A stretch of 64,000 nucleotides of DNA. Source: Salinispira sp. (GTDB lineage: Bacteria; Spirochaetota; Spirochaetia; DSM-27196; Salinispiraceae). Numbering within the stretch: the stretch's first letter is position 1; every line of letters starts with the position of its first letter. Of this stretch, positions 9,355-18,946 are shown in pieces. The notes beneath the pieces are model-generated. The model ran no database searches. It worked only from the letters and a program-made list of their open reading frames with translations, and had not been told where the DNA came from. Made by a program: the position numbers and the translations under genes. Where the stretch lies: assembly GCA_965602015.1 (NCBI GenBank), contig OZ271918.1:1184001-1248000 (forward strand). The letters are read 5' to 3'.

Positions 9355-11652
9355 TCAGTTTCCGATTCTGGTCTCCAGTCCGATGGACGGACCGATGACG
9401 GGTTTTCCATCCCGGTACACGATATTGCCGTTTTCATCCCGCAGCACGTTGGTGCTGACGGTGAATGCCAGGTTGATTCCAGGCGCTATGGCCACGACGC
9501 CTTCGCCCTTCAACGTGGCATTTTCGTCGAAGAGCTTGGTAACCGCGTCTTCCTGGAATACATCCCTGAAACGAACCCTGTCGTAGGCCAGGGACGCTTC
9601 CATTTCCCAGGGAAGGAAGCTCAGCAGTTCCTTGTCGACGCCGAAGCTCAGGTTAAAATAGTCCTCAGCGTCGGTGGAAATCTCGTTGGTGGTTTGGTCA
9701 ATGGTCCAGGGCCACAGATATCCCATTTCCAGGGTCAGCCGGTCCTGGAAGAGGCTGAAACCTCCCTGGCCGTACACGCCCATGGTGTAGCTGTCGTATT
9801 CCTCGGCTTCCGGGTTTTGCAGATAGTTGACCACCCCGACGGCCCGCTCGCCGCGGATTCGGTCGTAAGGCTGGTTGTAGAAACCCGGGATAAAGCTGCC
9901 GGTGTAATACTGGAACTGAAGCCGATAATCGATGAACAGCACGTTACCAAAGGCGCCGGCTTCGATACCGTAGTTTCTGAAACCGTCCTCGGTGAAAATG
10001 GCGTCAAACTTGAAGCCTTCCTCGAGTCCCAGGTCGGAGTTTGATTCTCCCAGATACGGCAACAGGGAGGCGGCGTCGGCGAAGAACACCAGAGAAAGAA
10101 TATCGTTTTCCATGATGGGCATATCGAGGTCAACCGCAGCATTGATAAATGCCGGTTTAACGGATAAGGCGTCTTCCTGATCGTCGTTCAGATCCGCCGG
10201 GTCTACCCCGTCAAACACTTCCCATGGTGTCAGGTCTGCGGCGGCGCTGATCGCGAATCCTGCCCGGGCACCGAATTGAATACGGAATCCGTACAGGAAG
10301 GGATCGGATAGGTCATTCACCAGGGTCTGGATCTTTAGGCCAGGAGTGGTGATGCCCAGGTTCACGCCGATGCGGCGTACAGACGGGAAGTCGGCATCGT
10401 TCGCGTAGCCCCGAATAAGAATGCCGTGTCCCAGCGTCATGCTTTCAACATTACCGAGCTGGAAGAAGAATGGATCGCGAAGATCGCCCCATTGCAGGTA
10501 CTTAAACTTCAGCACCAGGTCACTGGTAAAGTCGGAGATAACCGCCAGAATGTCTTCCTGATCCTGATCCGTACCAAAACTCCACTCGTCGTTGCCCCGG
10601 GGGCGGTACCAGTCATCGGGATCGAGGAAATTCGAGGTGTAGATAATCGGCAGATAAAGCTGGGTTTGTAATTTGCCGAGGCTGAACTCGGGCTGGAAGA
10701 CCGCTTTGCTGTAGGTTTCCCCGTCAATGGTAATTGAACCGATTTCCATGCCGAGCCATCCCAAGGCATCCATGATTATGCTGTCTTCGGGGATGGTGTC
10801 CGGAAGTCCGTCTTCTTCTTCACCTTCGGTTCCCTCATCTCCACCATCGCCGGCAGCGGGGTTCTGAACGACAACCGGATCGGCGCTGTCGCCATCTTCG
10901 GCGGCTTCTTCATCTTCAGCTTCTTCTTCGGCGCTTTCTTCTTCCTCAGCCGGCTCTTCGTCTTCCAGCTCGGTGGGAACCGTGCCGGTATCCACGTTTT
11001 CGCTGAACTGGTTGAGGTCTGCAAATTGCTCGGCGAACTGCTCGGGATCGAAGGCGTTGGCTATGAGTTCTGTGGCGTTGGCGAACTGGTTTTGTGCAAG
11101 CTGCACAATTTCACCGGCGAAGTCGAAGCCGCTCTCGCTGGCTGGACCGAAATCCACAAGACCCTCGAGGACGAACAGCTCATTGCTGTTGGCGTCGAAG
11201 GTGAAGTCGGTTCCCCGCACCCCTGCAATGGCCGAGGTGGAGCGGATGCGCATATTGGCGCTGCCGCCCAAGCGGGCTGCGACGGTCCTCACCCGACCGC
11301 TGGTAACTGCGAAGTTGTTGTTTCCGCTGTTCCGGCTGGGAGAGAGGCTGTCGATGGTAAAATCGGTGCCGGGAGCCAGCTTCATGATTGACCCGTTGGG
11401 ATCGAGCTGAAGCTCGGCTGTGCCGTTTACCGTTTGAATGCGTGAACCCGGCGGTAATTCAAGATCAAACACAAGGTTGCCGATGTCATCGCTGTATGTG
11501 GTAACGGTATTGTCGGCTTCAGGCACCACGACGACAACTTCAAAGGCATCGTAGTACACCAGCCGGGCGACCGGGCCGTCGGCCTGGGCCGTCAGGAGGG
11601 CCAGCGGCAATATCAGCAGCAGCCCAATGGCTAAAAATCGTTTTACATTCAT
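9355..11652 (-). CDS. Secreted FecR-domain protein with acidic linker and probable outer-membrane beta-barrel
   Basis: Signal peptide; FecR motif IAGVRGTDF...VLEGLV; C-terminal aromatic-rich beta-strand region. Confidence 0.75.
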   Translation of the reverse strand: MNVKRFLAIGLLLILPLALLTAQADGPVARLVYYDAFEVVVVVPEADNTVTTYSDDIGNLVFDLELPPGSRIQTVNGTAELQLDPNGSIMKLAPGTDFTIDSLSPSRNSGNNNFAVTSGRVRTVAARLGGSANMRIRSTSAIAGVRGTDFTFDANSNELFVLEGLVDFGPASESGFDFAGEIVQLAQNQFANATELIANAFDPEQFAEQFADLNQFSENVDTGTVPTELEDEEPAEEEESAEEEAEDEEAAEDGDSADPVVVQNPAAGDGGDEGTEGEEEDGLPDTIPEDSIIMDALGWLGMEIGSITIDGETYSKAVFQPEFSLGKLQTQLYLPIIYTSNFLDPDDWYRPRGNDEWSFGTDQDQEDILAVISDFTSDLVLKFKYLQWGDLRDPFFFQLGNVESMTLGHGILIRGYANDADFPSVRRIGVNLGITTPGLKIQTLVNDLSDPFLYGFRIQFGARAGFAISAAADLTPWEVFDGVDPADLNDDQEDALSVKPAFINAAVDLDMPIMENDILSLVFFADAASLLPYLGESNSDLGLEEGFKFDAIFTEDGFRNYGIEAGAFGNVLFIDYRLQFQYYTGSFIPGFYNQPYDRIRGERAVGVVNYLQNPEAEEYDSYTMGVYGQGGFSLFQDRLTLEMGYLWPWTIDQTTNEISTDAEDYFNLSFGVDKELLSFLPWEMEASLAYDRVRFRDVFQEDAVTKLFDENATLKGEGVVAIAPGINLAFTVSTNVLRDENGNIVYRDGKPVIGPSIGLETRIGN

Positions 11653-11663
11653 GCTTCCTCCCC

Positions 11664-13013
11664 TTAATTAAAGAGCGAGACGGTAGTCTCAAGCTTGGTG
11701 GTAATCTGCCAATTCTCCCCGTCCGCGTCGGTGGTCGGCGAGTATTTCAGATCGTAAATCATACTGATGGTAGCCGGACCGGTGGTGTAACCAATCCTGG
11801 CTTGAATAAGAGCATTTTCTGCGGAAACCAGGTCAGACAGACTGGTTATGTATTTCTTCTGATAGCTTGCGTCAATGCCGAAGCCGAATAAAAGCTCCGG
11901 TGAAACATGGAGCCGCCCGGTGAGGGTGGGATTCGCCTCATCGACCTCGGGGTCCGGCGCGAAGGGTCCCTCGATGCTTGCGGTAAAGCTCACCATTTCT
12001 TCGAGGGCATCGAATCCCAGGCTTGCGAACCAGCCGAAATAGCCGTCGAGTTCCACTTCGCCGGTGTATACCAGCCATTTCTCAACCCGGAACAGGTCGT
12101 AACTCGAGTCAAAGTAGGCGGGAATAAAATTATCGCCAAGGAGCCGAAGCTGGGCACCGTAGGTTATGAGGTTTATCAGCTTACCCCCTGCGCCGAGCAT
12201 TGCCCCGGTATTGCCGTTTTGGACCACCACATCTGAAAAGGCGGCGAGACTGACTGCCTGACTTGCGAGAATCGGCAGGCGCAGATCCACACCCCAGACG
12301 CTGACCGGCGAGGCCTGATCAAAAAATGCGGTATAGGGGCTGTCGTCCTTTTTACGCTCGAAATAGAAGGGATCCCGGTCGACAACGGCGGTGAAGCCAA
12401 GCTGCAGGTCCTTAATGATGGGGATTCCGGTAAAATAGATCGGCCGGGTATAGAGTCTGCCTCCCAAAAGGTCGAAGGCCGCCAGGTTGCCTATGACGGT
12501 CTCGAGTCCGATGTAGGGGAAATCGAAGAGCATGGCGTCAAAATCGAAGGCCAGCCCGGACACCCGCTGCTCAGGGAGAAATAAGCTGTTGGAGTAATTC
12601 GCGATGATAAAGCCGTTTCCTAAAAGAAAGTCATCGATGGCGCCGATTTTTCCAAATAGATCATCGCCTTTGAAGCCATACCGTATGTAGCGGAATATCG
12701 GCAGGTAGAGCTCGACGAAGCTGTACTCCTCGCTGGGGATCCAGTCTTCTTCACGGATGCGGAATCCCGGGCTGCCGTCTTCCTGGCTGAATGAAAAATT
12801 GAAATCCAGGGCCAGGCCTATTCCCCAATTTCCGAACGAAAAGTCCGGTCTGGGGCTTAAATTCTGCCAGCTTTCCAATTCTCCGGTCTCCGGGTCTTCT
12901 ATGACCACAGTGCCAAGGCCGAGATCCATCCCGAATCCGAAGCCTTCCTGGGCGACCAGCATTACCGGTGTCAGTAAAATAATGAGTATAAGCAGTGGAC
13001 GAAACAACCTCAT
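11664..13013 (-). CDS. Probable outer-membrane protein, paralogous to the C-terminal domain of 9355..11652
   Basis: Signal peptide; RYIRYG..LGNGFIIANYSN mirrors KYLQWG..LGHGILIRGYAN; FIPAYF mirrors FIPGFY. Confidence 0.7.
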   Translation of the reverse strand: MRLFRPLLILIILLTPVMLVAQEGFGFGMDLGLGTVVIEDPETGELESWQNLSPRPDFSFGNWGIGLALDFNFSFSQEDGSPGFRIREEDWIPSEEYSFVELYLPIFRYIRYGFKGDDLFGKIGAIDDFLLGNGFIIANYSNSLFLPEQRVSGLAFDFDAMLFDFPYIGLETVIGNLAAFDLLGGRLYTRPIYFTGIPIIKDLQLGFTAVVDRDPFYFERKKDDSPYTAFFDQASPVSVWGVDLRLPILASQAVSLAAFSDVVVQNGNTGAMLGAGGKLINLITYGAQLRLLGDNFIPAYFDSSYDLFRVEKWLVYTGEVELDGYFGWFASLGFDALEEMVSFTASIEGPFAPDPEVDEANPTLTGRLHVSPELLFGFGIDASYQKKYITSLSDLVSAENALIQARIGYTTGPATISMIYDLKYSPTTDADGENWQITTKLETTVSLFN

Positions 13014-13089
13014 GGTATCCTCCTGTTGTTTGCGCGGGAACGAAGGCCTCGCAAGGCTAAATATATCTCAGCATTCCCTCATGTCAATT

Positions 13090-16000
13090 CTAATAAGAAA
13101 GTTTGAGTAATGCATCCAATTCTACACCTAATGTATGAGAAAAACGGTAATTAATATCCTCAATGGCCCGGTTTTCATATCTCGCCCGAATGCCAAGGCT
13201 CAGGCTGCCCAGCTCGGAGAACTGCAGGGCGCTTCGGTGACTGAGGTCAACGCTTACTCCCGGCGGGGAGGTAATGAGGTTTTGGCCGCCGGGGGATCCG
13301 GGACGCAGCCCCGAGAAGGATATCTCCAAGGACTCTTTGTTCTCCAGCCTAAGCTCCTCGGAAAGGCTGCTCCGCTCTTCAATAAACCGGCTCAAGGCCC
13401 CTTCCCGGTTTAAGGGAACTACCCAGGTCAAAACCTGATGTAGGCTAATCCGCCATGGCACCGGCCCCCGGGAGGCGAAGTCTGCGGAGAGCCGGTTTGT
13501 CAAAGACGAGGCCTTCCATGGCTCATACAGCACTGGTTCGAGGATAAAAGAGAGAAGCCAATCATCCCGGGTATCGATATCGCTTCTAAGCCGCTGTTCG
13601 AAAAACCATTCATCTGAACGGTAGAAGTTTAGCCCGCCATAGCGGCCCAGGCTGCCGAACAGATTTACCGCCTGCCAGCTCACCACGGATTCCAGCTCCC
13701 TCACGTCGCTGACGATGCCCGATTCCCACAGGATTGCCCGGTCTATCGAAAGGGAAACTCCCGCCGGATGCACAATATCGAGAAGCTTGGAACCGGGAGT
13801 TCGCCAAAAATTTATGCCGGCCCGCTGTTCATGGCGGAGAAGCCATGGAGAACCGATGGCCTGGCTTTGATTCAATTCTGTAATGAGCTGATTATCCAGC
13901 TCATCCTGAAAAATACCGAAAACGTATCGTGGAACGGCTATGCCGTGTATTGCCTGAATCTGAGCTGCCGCCCTTCCCATGTCGTCAAAAAAACCTCCGG
14001 TTTCGCGAAATTCCGAAATTCCGTGATCCTGGTCAAATGAGATGCTGATTCCGCTGTCAGGAGTTATATCCAGACCAACTGAGACGTCCTGAGTCAGTCC
14101 GCCGTTGAACGTTGCCTCCGGCAGGCTTTGGTAGCCGGTGGACAGGGCGAGGGACGGTGAGAAGTCAAGACGCCCAACCTGAATTGCAGGAGCAAGGGTA
14201 ATTTCAGTCTGCCGGGTAAAATCGGGACTCTCGCTAAGCCTCCAATCAGCCCTGAGCAGACTGGCGGCATAACCGGCAAAATAGTCCGGCGCTTCATTCC
14301 CTGACAGGCTGGTCGGTCCTTCGAGGGCTTCGTTTATGGAAAACTGCAGCGAACTGCGTAACCCAAGCCGGCTCGACGGATTATCGGCGTCCGCTTCACC
14401 AATATTCCGCGAGTAATCCAATGAGCTGTTCCAGCCCCGCTGGATGTTTGCCTCATCCTGGGAGAGCGAATAGTCGATGCCCGCATCCCCGGCTTCGCCC
14501 AGGCTGACGGTAATGCCGGCTCCCCGCTCGTGACGGACGCCGCCATCCGATGCAGCCTGGCGATAGCTATCGCGGATTGTAAGACCATTAATGGGATTGG
14601 CAATAATCCGCTGCTCAATATCTCTGCTAATGGTTCCATCGGTGGGAAAAAAAAATGCGGAATCAAAAAGGACTTCACTGAACCCAAACCGTCCATCTAT
14701 CAGCGCCCGGGAATCAACTCCTGCCGGCTGATCAAAACCTCCGCTCTGGTATCCTCCGGAGAATCTCACTCTCCGCAGCCGGACCTCAAAAGGGGTCTGC
14801 TCGGCAAGAACCCAGCCCTGGGGCCGGTATTCCATATCAGCGGCAAATGAACCGCGAATAGAACTGGCCGGCCGGGAAAACCGGGGAGTGCCGGTCACCA
14901 GGCTACCGGCTGCCCCCTCGGTGAACCGGAGGCCCAGGTATCGCAGGTCACCTGAGGGGAGTGATGCGGAAAAATCGACCTGCTGCACTATTTCCCCCGA
15001 CGGGTCGCGAAGAAGCAGCAGGTTGTTTTCAAGATCGATGCCTAAGGTAACATCGCCGCTCAGGGCTCCCGGGGACAGGCTGCCGAGGGCAGTACTGTTA
15101 ATTTCTACGGAAATCTGGCCGGCGCCGCCGCTTAATTGGGAAAGCGGTACTTCCAAAAGGCCGTACATTCCCATTGGGCTTGCGCCGAGATCGTACAACA
15201 GGGTTGCCGCTTCCCCCGGACGGCTGTCCCACCGGACTTCATAGCTGCTATTGGCAGTCTCACGCACCCGGCCGCCTGCGCCGTTCACGCTTAGCGGGGT
15301 GCGGGTGAAGCTCGCCCGGGAAACAAGTATTCTGCCCTGGCTGGCAGCGTCGCTGTACAGTACTAGGCGCAGCGACGGCAGTTCGGGAACCCTGGAAATT
15401 TCCAGGTCGCTGAACTGTATTTCGTATTTCTGCCACACATCGGAGGCCGTGTCGATCTGCCCCAGGTAACGGGTAATGTTTGCCGCTCTGTTAGCCCGGT
15501 TGAGAATTCCGTCGCCGTTTATATCCTCGCTGACCGGCTCCCAGTTTTCCCGGTATTCCCTTCCGGGATAGCCGGCGATCAGGTCTCCCGAATCAAGGGA
15601 GAGCACATACCCCAGGTCTTCGGGACTAGCCTGGCTGTCCAGCACATTGTCCCCATCGCTGTCTTCCGAAAGGGCGCCGAATTCAAGGGCAAGTTGCAAT
15701 GGCCCCGCACTGACTTCTTCTGCGAGAATGTACAGCTCAAGACCCTGAATCAGCCCCGGCGGATCCCCGGGGGAGTACTGATATCCGCTCCAACTCCCGG
15801 CGCTTAAGTCGAACTCCAGGGCCGCCACGGCTCCCGAGACCGGATCATCCGTTGATGCCAATATCGGGTACGGTCCGGCGGCTTGCTCTACTAAGTCGGG
15901 TTCGGAGGAAAAAGCATCCCTGGTTAAAAGGAAGCCCCGGAAATCGCTTCGATAGTCCCGGAAGCGCAGGCTGCCCCTGCGGCCCCCGAGATTGCTGATA

Positions 16001-17931
16001 TTCGCCGCGGGAATCAGGCCGCCGGATGCGGTTTCCAGTGCCTGACCGTTAGGCAGGGCTGAGGGCAGGACCCCGGGGAAGGGCATCGCCGGGCTCCAAT
16101 CATCTACTCCGTCGTACAGCGGCCGAAATTCCAGCCGTGTGTCGGCGGAGAACAATCCTGCCCCAGCTTCAATTGTCAGATCAAGATTCGCATTATTGTA
16201 CGCGTAGGATGTGGAGAGTTGAACGTAGCCGGGATTCTCTCCAGGGCTCCGGCTGAATTCGCCGGGTTCGGTGGCAATGCTTCCGGCAACGGCAATATCG
16301 AGGTTACCAAAATCGCCGATTGACATGCGGTTCCCCTGACCGGCAACAATGGTTCCTCCGCCGGCTCCCTCCTCGAGGCTTCGGTACAGAAGGGTAATGT
16401 CGTCCAGATCGCTCACTGGACGGGAAAAGACGACTTCTCCGTTATCTATTGAGAAATCGTCGCTGGTCTGGCCATTTATGAATACCTGAAGGCTGCCGGG
16501 TACCATTGATTCATCGATGCGAATTCCGCTGTTCTCCTCACTGATGGCCGAAAGGCGAAAGCGGTTAATGCTGCTCGCGTAGGGGATCTCCCCCGGCCCA
16601 TAATAGCGACCTATTTCACTGCCCGCCATGTCCAACAAGGGATAGCGGATTTTCCAGGGTTGACTGAGGGGATCGGCGGCTGAGCCCGGCAAAATCCGGA
16701 TTCCAGAGGGGCTGCGGCGGATTGTCAGGTTTTGCTTCGGACCGGCGGCATCCTGCAATTCTAAGCGGGAGAATCCACCGTCAAGGTAAACTGCCCGGAT
16801 TTCAAAGGGTGAGAAAAGCCCCGGCTCGTACAGTACCAGTGAAGTGGGGCCGCCGCCGATGCTCCGTTGATAATCCGCATTGCTGAGACTGCCCGTCTCA
16901 AGCCCGAGTATGCCTTCCAGGGGGCCGATAAAAGCCGTTTCGAAACTGCTCCAGGAAAAGGTAACCAGGTCGGTTCCGACCTGTTGGCTGGCGGCCAGAT
17001 CGGCAATGGGGATTTCCCCCGGCTGATCCCCCACCGGCGAACCGGCCTTTTCATAATAAATCACCAGCCGCCCCGCCGGCAGGTCTGCGGAAAGAGTTAC
17101 TTCTGCCCGGGCGGAGTCTATTCCGTAATCCTCTGCGGGCACCAGGCGGCGGTACCAGCTTCCGTACTCGTCGCTGGCGCTGATGTCCCCGTAGCCAGTC
17201 TCGAAACGGCTGCTCTCCAGCCACAGTTCCACGGCTTCGGGGTTCCGGTCGGGCAAGAGGAAATGCTTTCCCCGGATGTACTCATCTATATGAATGCTTT
17301 CCGTACTGTACTCATTTGTCCCGGAAAATGTCCTCACGCGGCGGGAACTGCTGTCATAGCGGATAAAAAACTCGTGCAGGCTTTTTTCTCCCGCGAGGCT
17401 CAGGGAAAGTCCCGGACTGCCCGTGGCACCGTCTCCGATGTTCAAGAGGGGATATTCGGACATCCCGATAGTAGTATTGCCGAGTTTTAGCTCTCGGAGC
17501 AGGCCGTCGCCGTAATAACCGGCGAGAATGCTGTTGTCGCTAAAGCCCGATTGGAAACTGCTTTCGAAAAAAAACCGATTGTCGACCCAGAGGGAAACCA
17601 GGAGATCGACGGTATTTGTCAGCGGTCGGCTGCTCATACCCAGGGGCGGGTAGGAGATTCGCCGATATCCGCCGGAATCAAGGGGCAGCCATGTGCTGCC
17701 GAGGGCGAGAGCCGCCGAGGCTTCCCAGTCGCCCAGGAGGAAAAAATCCACCTCCGAATCGCCGATGCCGTAGCTGAGCAATTCCTCGGGCGATTCGTCG
17801 GGAAAAATAAGCTCGCCCTGAGGGCCCAGACTGGGCAGCAGGCTTTGGGCCCGGGCAGCGGCGGAACCAAGGAGTCCGATTATCAGCAGAACGGCGATGC
17901 GAAAAACTTTGTCGCTTGTGTAGCGTTTCAT
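13090..17931 (-). CDS. Very large secreted/outer-membrane protein, SprA/Sov-like
   Basis: 1613 aa, signal peptide, terminal aromatic (LKLSY), motifs recalling SprA (see findings). CDS is secure; family is inferred. Confidence 0.6.
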   Translation of the reverse strand: MKRYTSDKVFRIAVLLIIGLLGSAAARAQSLLPSLGPQGELIFPDESPEELLSYGIGDSEVDFFLLGDWEASAALALGSTWLPLDSGGYRRISYPPLGMSSRPLTNTVDLLVSLWVDNRFFFESSFQSGFSDNSILAGYYGDGLLRELKLGNTTIGMSEYPLLNIGDGATGSPGLSLSLAGEKSLHEFFIRYDSSSRRVRTFSGTNEYSTESIHIDEYIRGKHFLLPDRNPEAVELWLESSRFETGYGDISASDEYGSWYRRLVPAEDYGIDSARAEVTLSADLPAGRLVIYYEKAGSPVGDQPGEIPIADLAASQQVGTDLVTFSWSSFETAFIGPLEGILGLETGSLSNADYQRSIGGGPTSLVLYEPGLFSPFEIRAVYLDGGFSRLELQDAAGPKQNLTIRRSPSGIRILPGSAADPLSQPWKIRYPLLDMAGSEIGRYYGPGEIPYASSINRFRLSAISEENSGIRIDESMVPGSLQVFINGQTSDDFSIDNGEVVFSRPVSDLDDITLLYRSLEEGAGGGTIVAGQGNRMSIGDFGNLDIAVAGSIATEPGEFSRSPGENPGYVQLSTSYAYNNANLDLTIEAGAGLFSADTRLEFRPLYDGVDDWSPAMPFPGVLPSALPNGQALETASGGLIPAANISNLGGRRGSLRFRDYRSDFRGFLLTRDAFSSEPDLVEQAAGPYPILASTDDPVSGAVAALEFDLSAGSWSGYQYSPGDPPGLIQGLELYILAEEVSAGPLQLALEFGALSEDSDGDNVLDSQASPEDLGYVLSLDSGDLIAGYPGREYRENWEPVSEDINGDGILNRANRAANITRYLGQIDTASDVWQKYEIQFSDLEISRVPELPSLRLVLYSDAASQGRILVSRASFTRTPLSVNGAGGRVRETANSSYEVRWDSRPGEAATLLYDLGASPMGMYGLLEVPLSQLSGGAGQISVEINSTALGSLSPGALSGDVTLGIDLENNLLLLRDPSGEIVQQVDFSASLPSGDLRYLGLRFTEGAAGSLVTGTPRFSRPASSIRGSFAADMEYRPQGWVLAEQTPFEVRLRRVRFSGGYQSGGFDQPAGVDSRALIDGRFGFSEVLFDSAFFFPTDGTISRDIEQRIIANPINGLTIRDSYRQAASDGGVRHERGAGITVSLGEAGDAGIDYSLSQDEANIQRGWNSSLDYSRNIGEADADNPSSRLGLRSSLQFSINEALEGPTSLSGNEAPDYFAGYAASLLRADWRLSESPDFTRQTEITLAPAIQVGRLDFSPSLALSTGYQSLPEATFNGGLTQDVSVGLDITPDSGISISFDQDHGISEFRETGGFFDDMGRAAAQIQAIHGIAVPRYVFGIFQDELDNQLITELNQSQAIGSPWLLRHEQRAGINFWRTPGSKLLDIVHPAGVSLSIDRAILWESGIVSDVRELESVVSWQAVNLFGSLGRYGGLNFYRSDEWFFEQRLRSDIDTRDDWLLSFILEPVLYEPWKASSLTNRLSADFASRGPVPWRISLHQVLTWVVPLNREGALSRFIEERSSLSEELRLENKESLEISFSGLRPGSPGGQNLITSPPGVSVDLSHRSALQFSELGSLSLGIRARYENRAIEDINYRFSHTLGVELDALLKLSY

Positions 17932-17987
17932 TCCCGATGTATTATACTTTTATACAGTATTTGCCATAACCCCAACAGGGAAAGTAT

Positions 17988-18914
17988 ATGAACCAACATC
18001 AACAGCGCGCTTCAGCCTTTGTGCACCGGCTTATAGCCAATCCTGCCCTCAAGCAGTTTACGCCCTTGCAGCGTGAGGAACAGGTTTCTCAGTTTCTCTC
18101 GGGCAATCTACAGCAGCTCGGTCCGACCCTTATGTCCCCAGCTTTTTTTCCCGGGATGCAGCTGGACCAGATACATCAGCTGCTCCAGTCGGTATTAATC
18201 CAGCTTACTAATGAGCGATTTCTCCCGGCCTTGAAGGCCGTTGTCCAGAAAATCGATTTCTCTTTTGTGCAGTTTCTTCGTCAGCAGCAAACCCGACCGG
18301 CAAACATCCAGGATCAGATTCTCCGCTTCCTTAATCAGAACCTGGGCAAGAGCGATGTCAGGCGGGCGTTTTCCGGAGCATACACTGCCCTCTATTATGA
18401 TATCGCCGCGAAGTATGTGAACGAAGCATACCGGATGCGCCGTCATATTTACTTTGAGCTGACCAAGGTTCAGCGCCTTAAGATGAGCAAGGAAGAGGTG
18501 AAGTCCTATGTGGAAGCCAGCCTTCTTTTAAAGGCCGCGGTTCAAGCCATGGGCTCCGGCGCCGAGGACCCCAGCGTCGATGCCCGAAGCGGGCTGATAA
18601 GCAGCAATTATGCCAAAACTCTTGTCGACCAGCTTAAGGGAGAGCTTACCATGCTGCCTCCCCAGGTGATTTCAAGCGCGGTGTACTCAAATGTATCCTT
18701 CCTTGAAAACAGCCAGGTGCAGACCACCGCCCGAATCGCTGCGGTTCTCGCCGGACGGGGCAAATCCTTCACGCCCGGCATGAAGGTTGATCGGGGAGCC
18801 GACAGTCCTGATAAAAGCTGGCTCAACATCGCCCGGCGAAACTATAAGTTCTATGGATTTGATATCAAAATGCTCGATGAAATGTACATGATTGCCGCTG
18901 AGAACGGCTGGTAG
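17988..18914 (+). CDS. Hypothetical cytoplasmic protein
   Basis: 308-aa ORF filling the gap, purine-rich leader; no motif recognised. Confidence 0.7.
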   Translation: MNQHQQRASAFVHRLIANPALKQFTPLQREEQVSQFLSGNLQQLGPTLMSPAFFPGMQLDQIHQLLQSVLIQLTNERFLPALKAVVQKIDFSFVQFLRQQQTRPANIQDQILRFLNQNLGKSDVRRAFSGAYTALYYDIAAKYVNEAYRMRRHIYFELTKVQRLKMSKEEVKSYVEASLLLKAAVQAMGSGAEDPSVDARSGLISSNYAKTLVDQLKGELTMLPPQVISSAVYSNVSFLENSQVQTTARIAAVLAGRGKSFTPGMKVDRGADSPDKSWLNIARRNYKFYGFDIKMLDEMYMIAAENGW

Positions 18915-18946
18915 CCCGCTGCAGCCCGGACCCGTGAGGAGAAAAA

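Noticed and set aside
9226..10044. 272-aa antisense ORF
   Set aside because: Shadow of the FecR/barrel gene and the mutL start.
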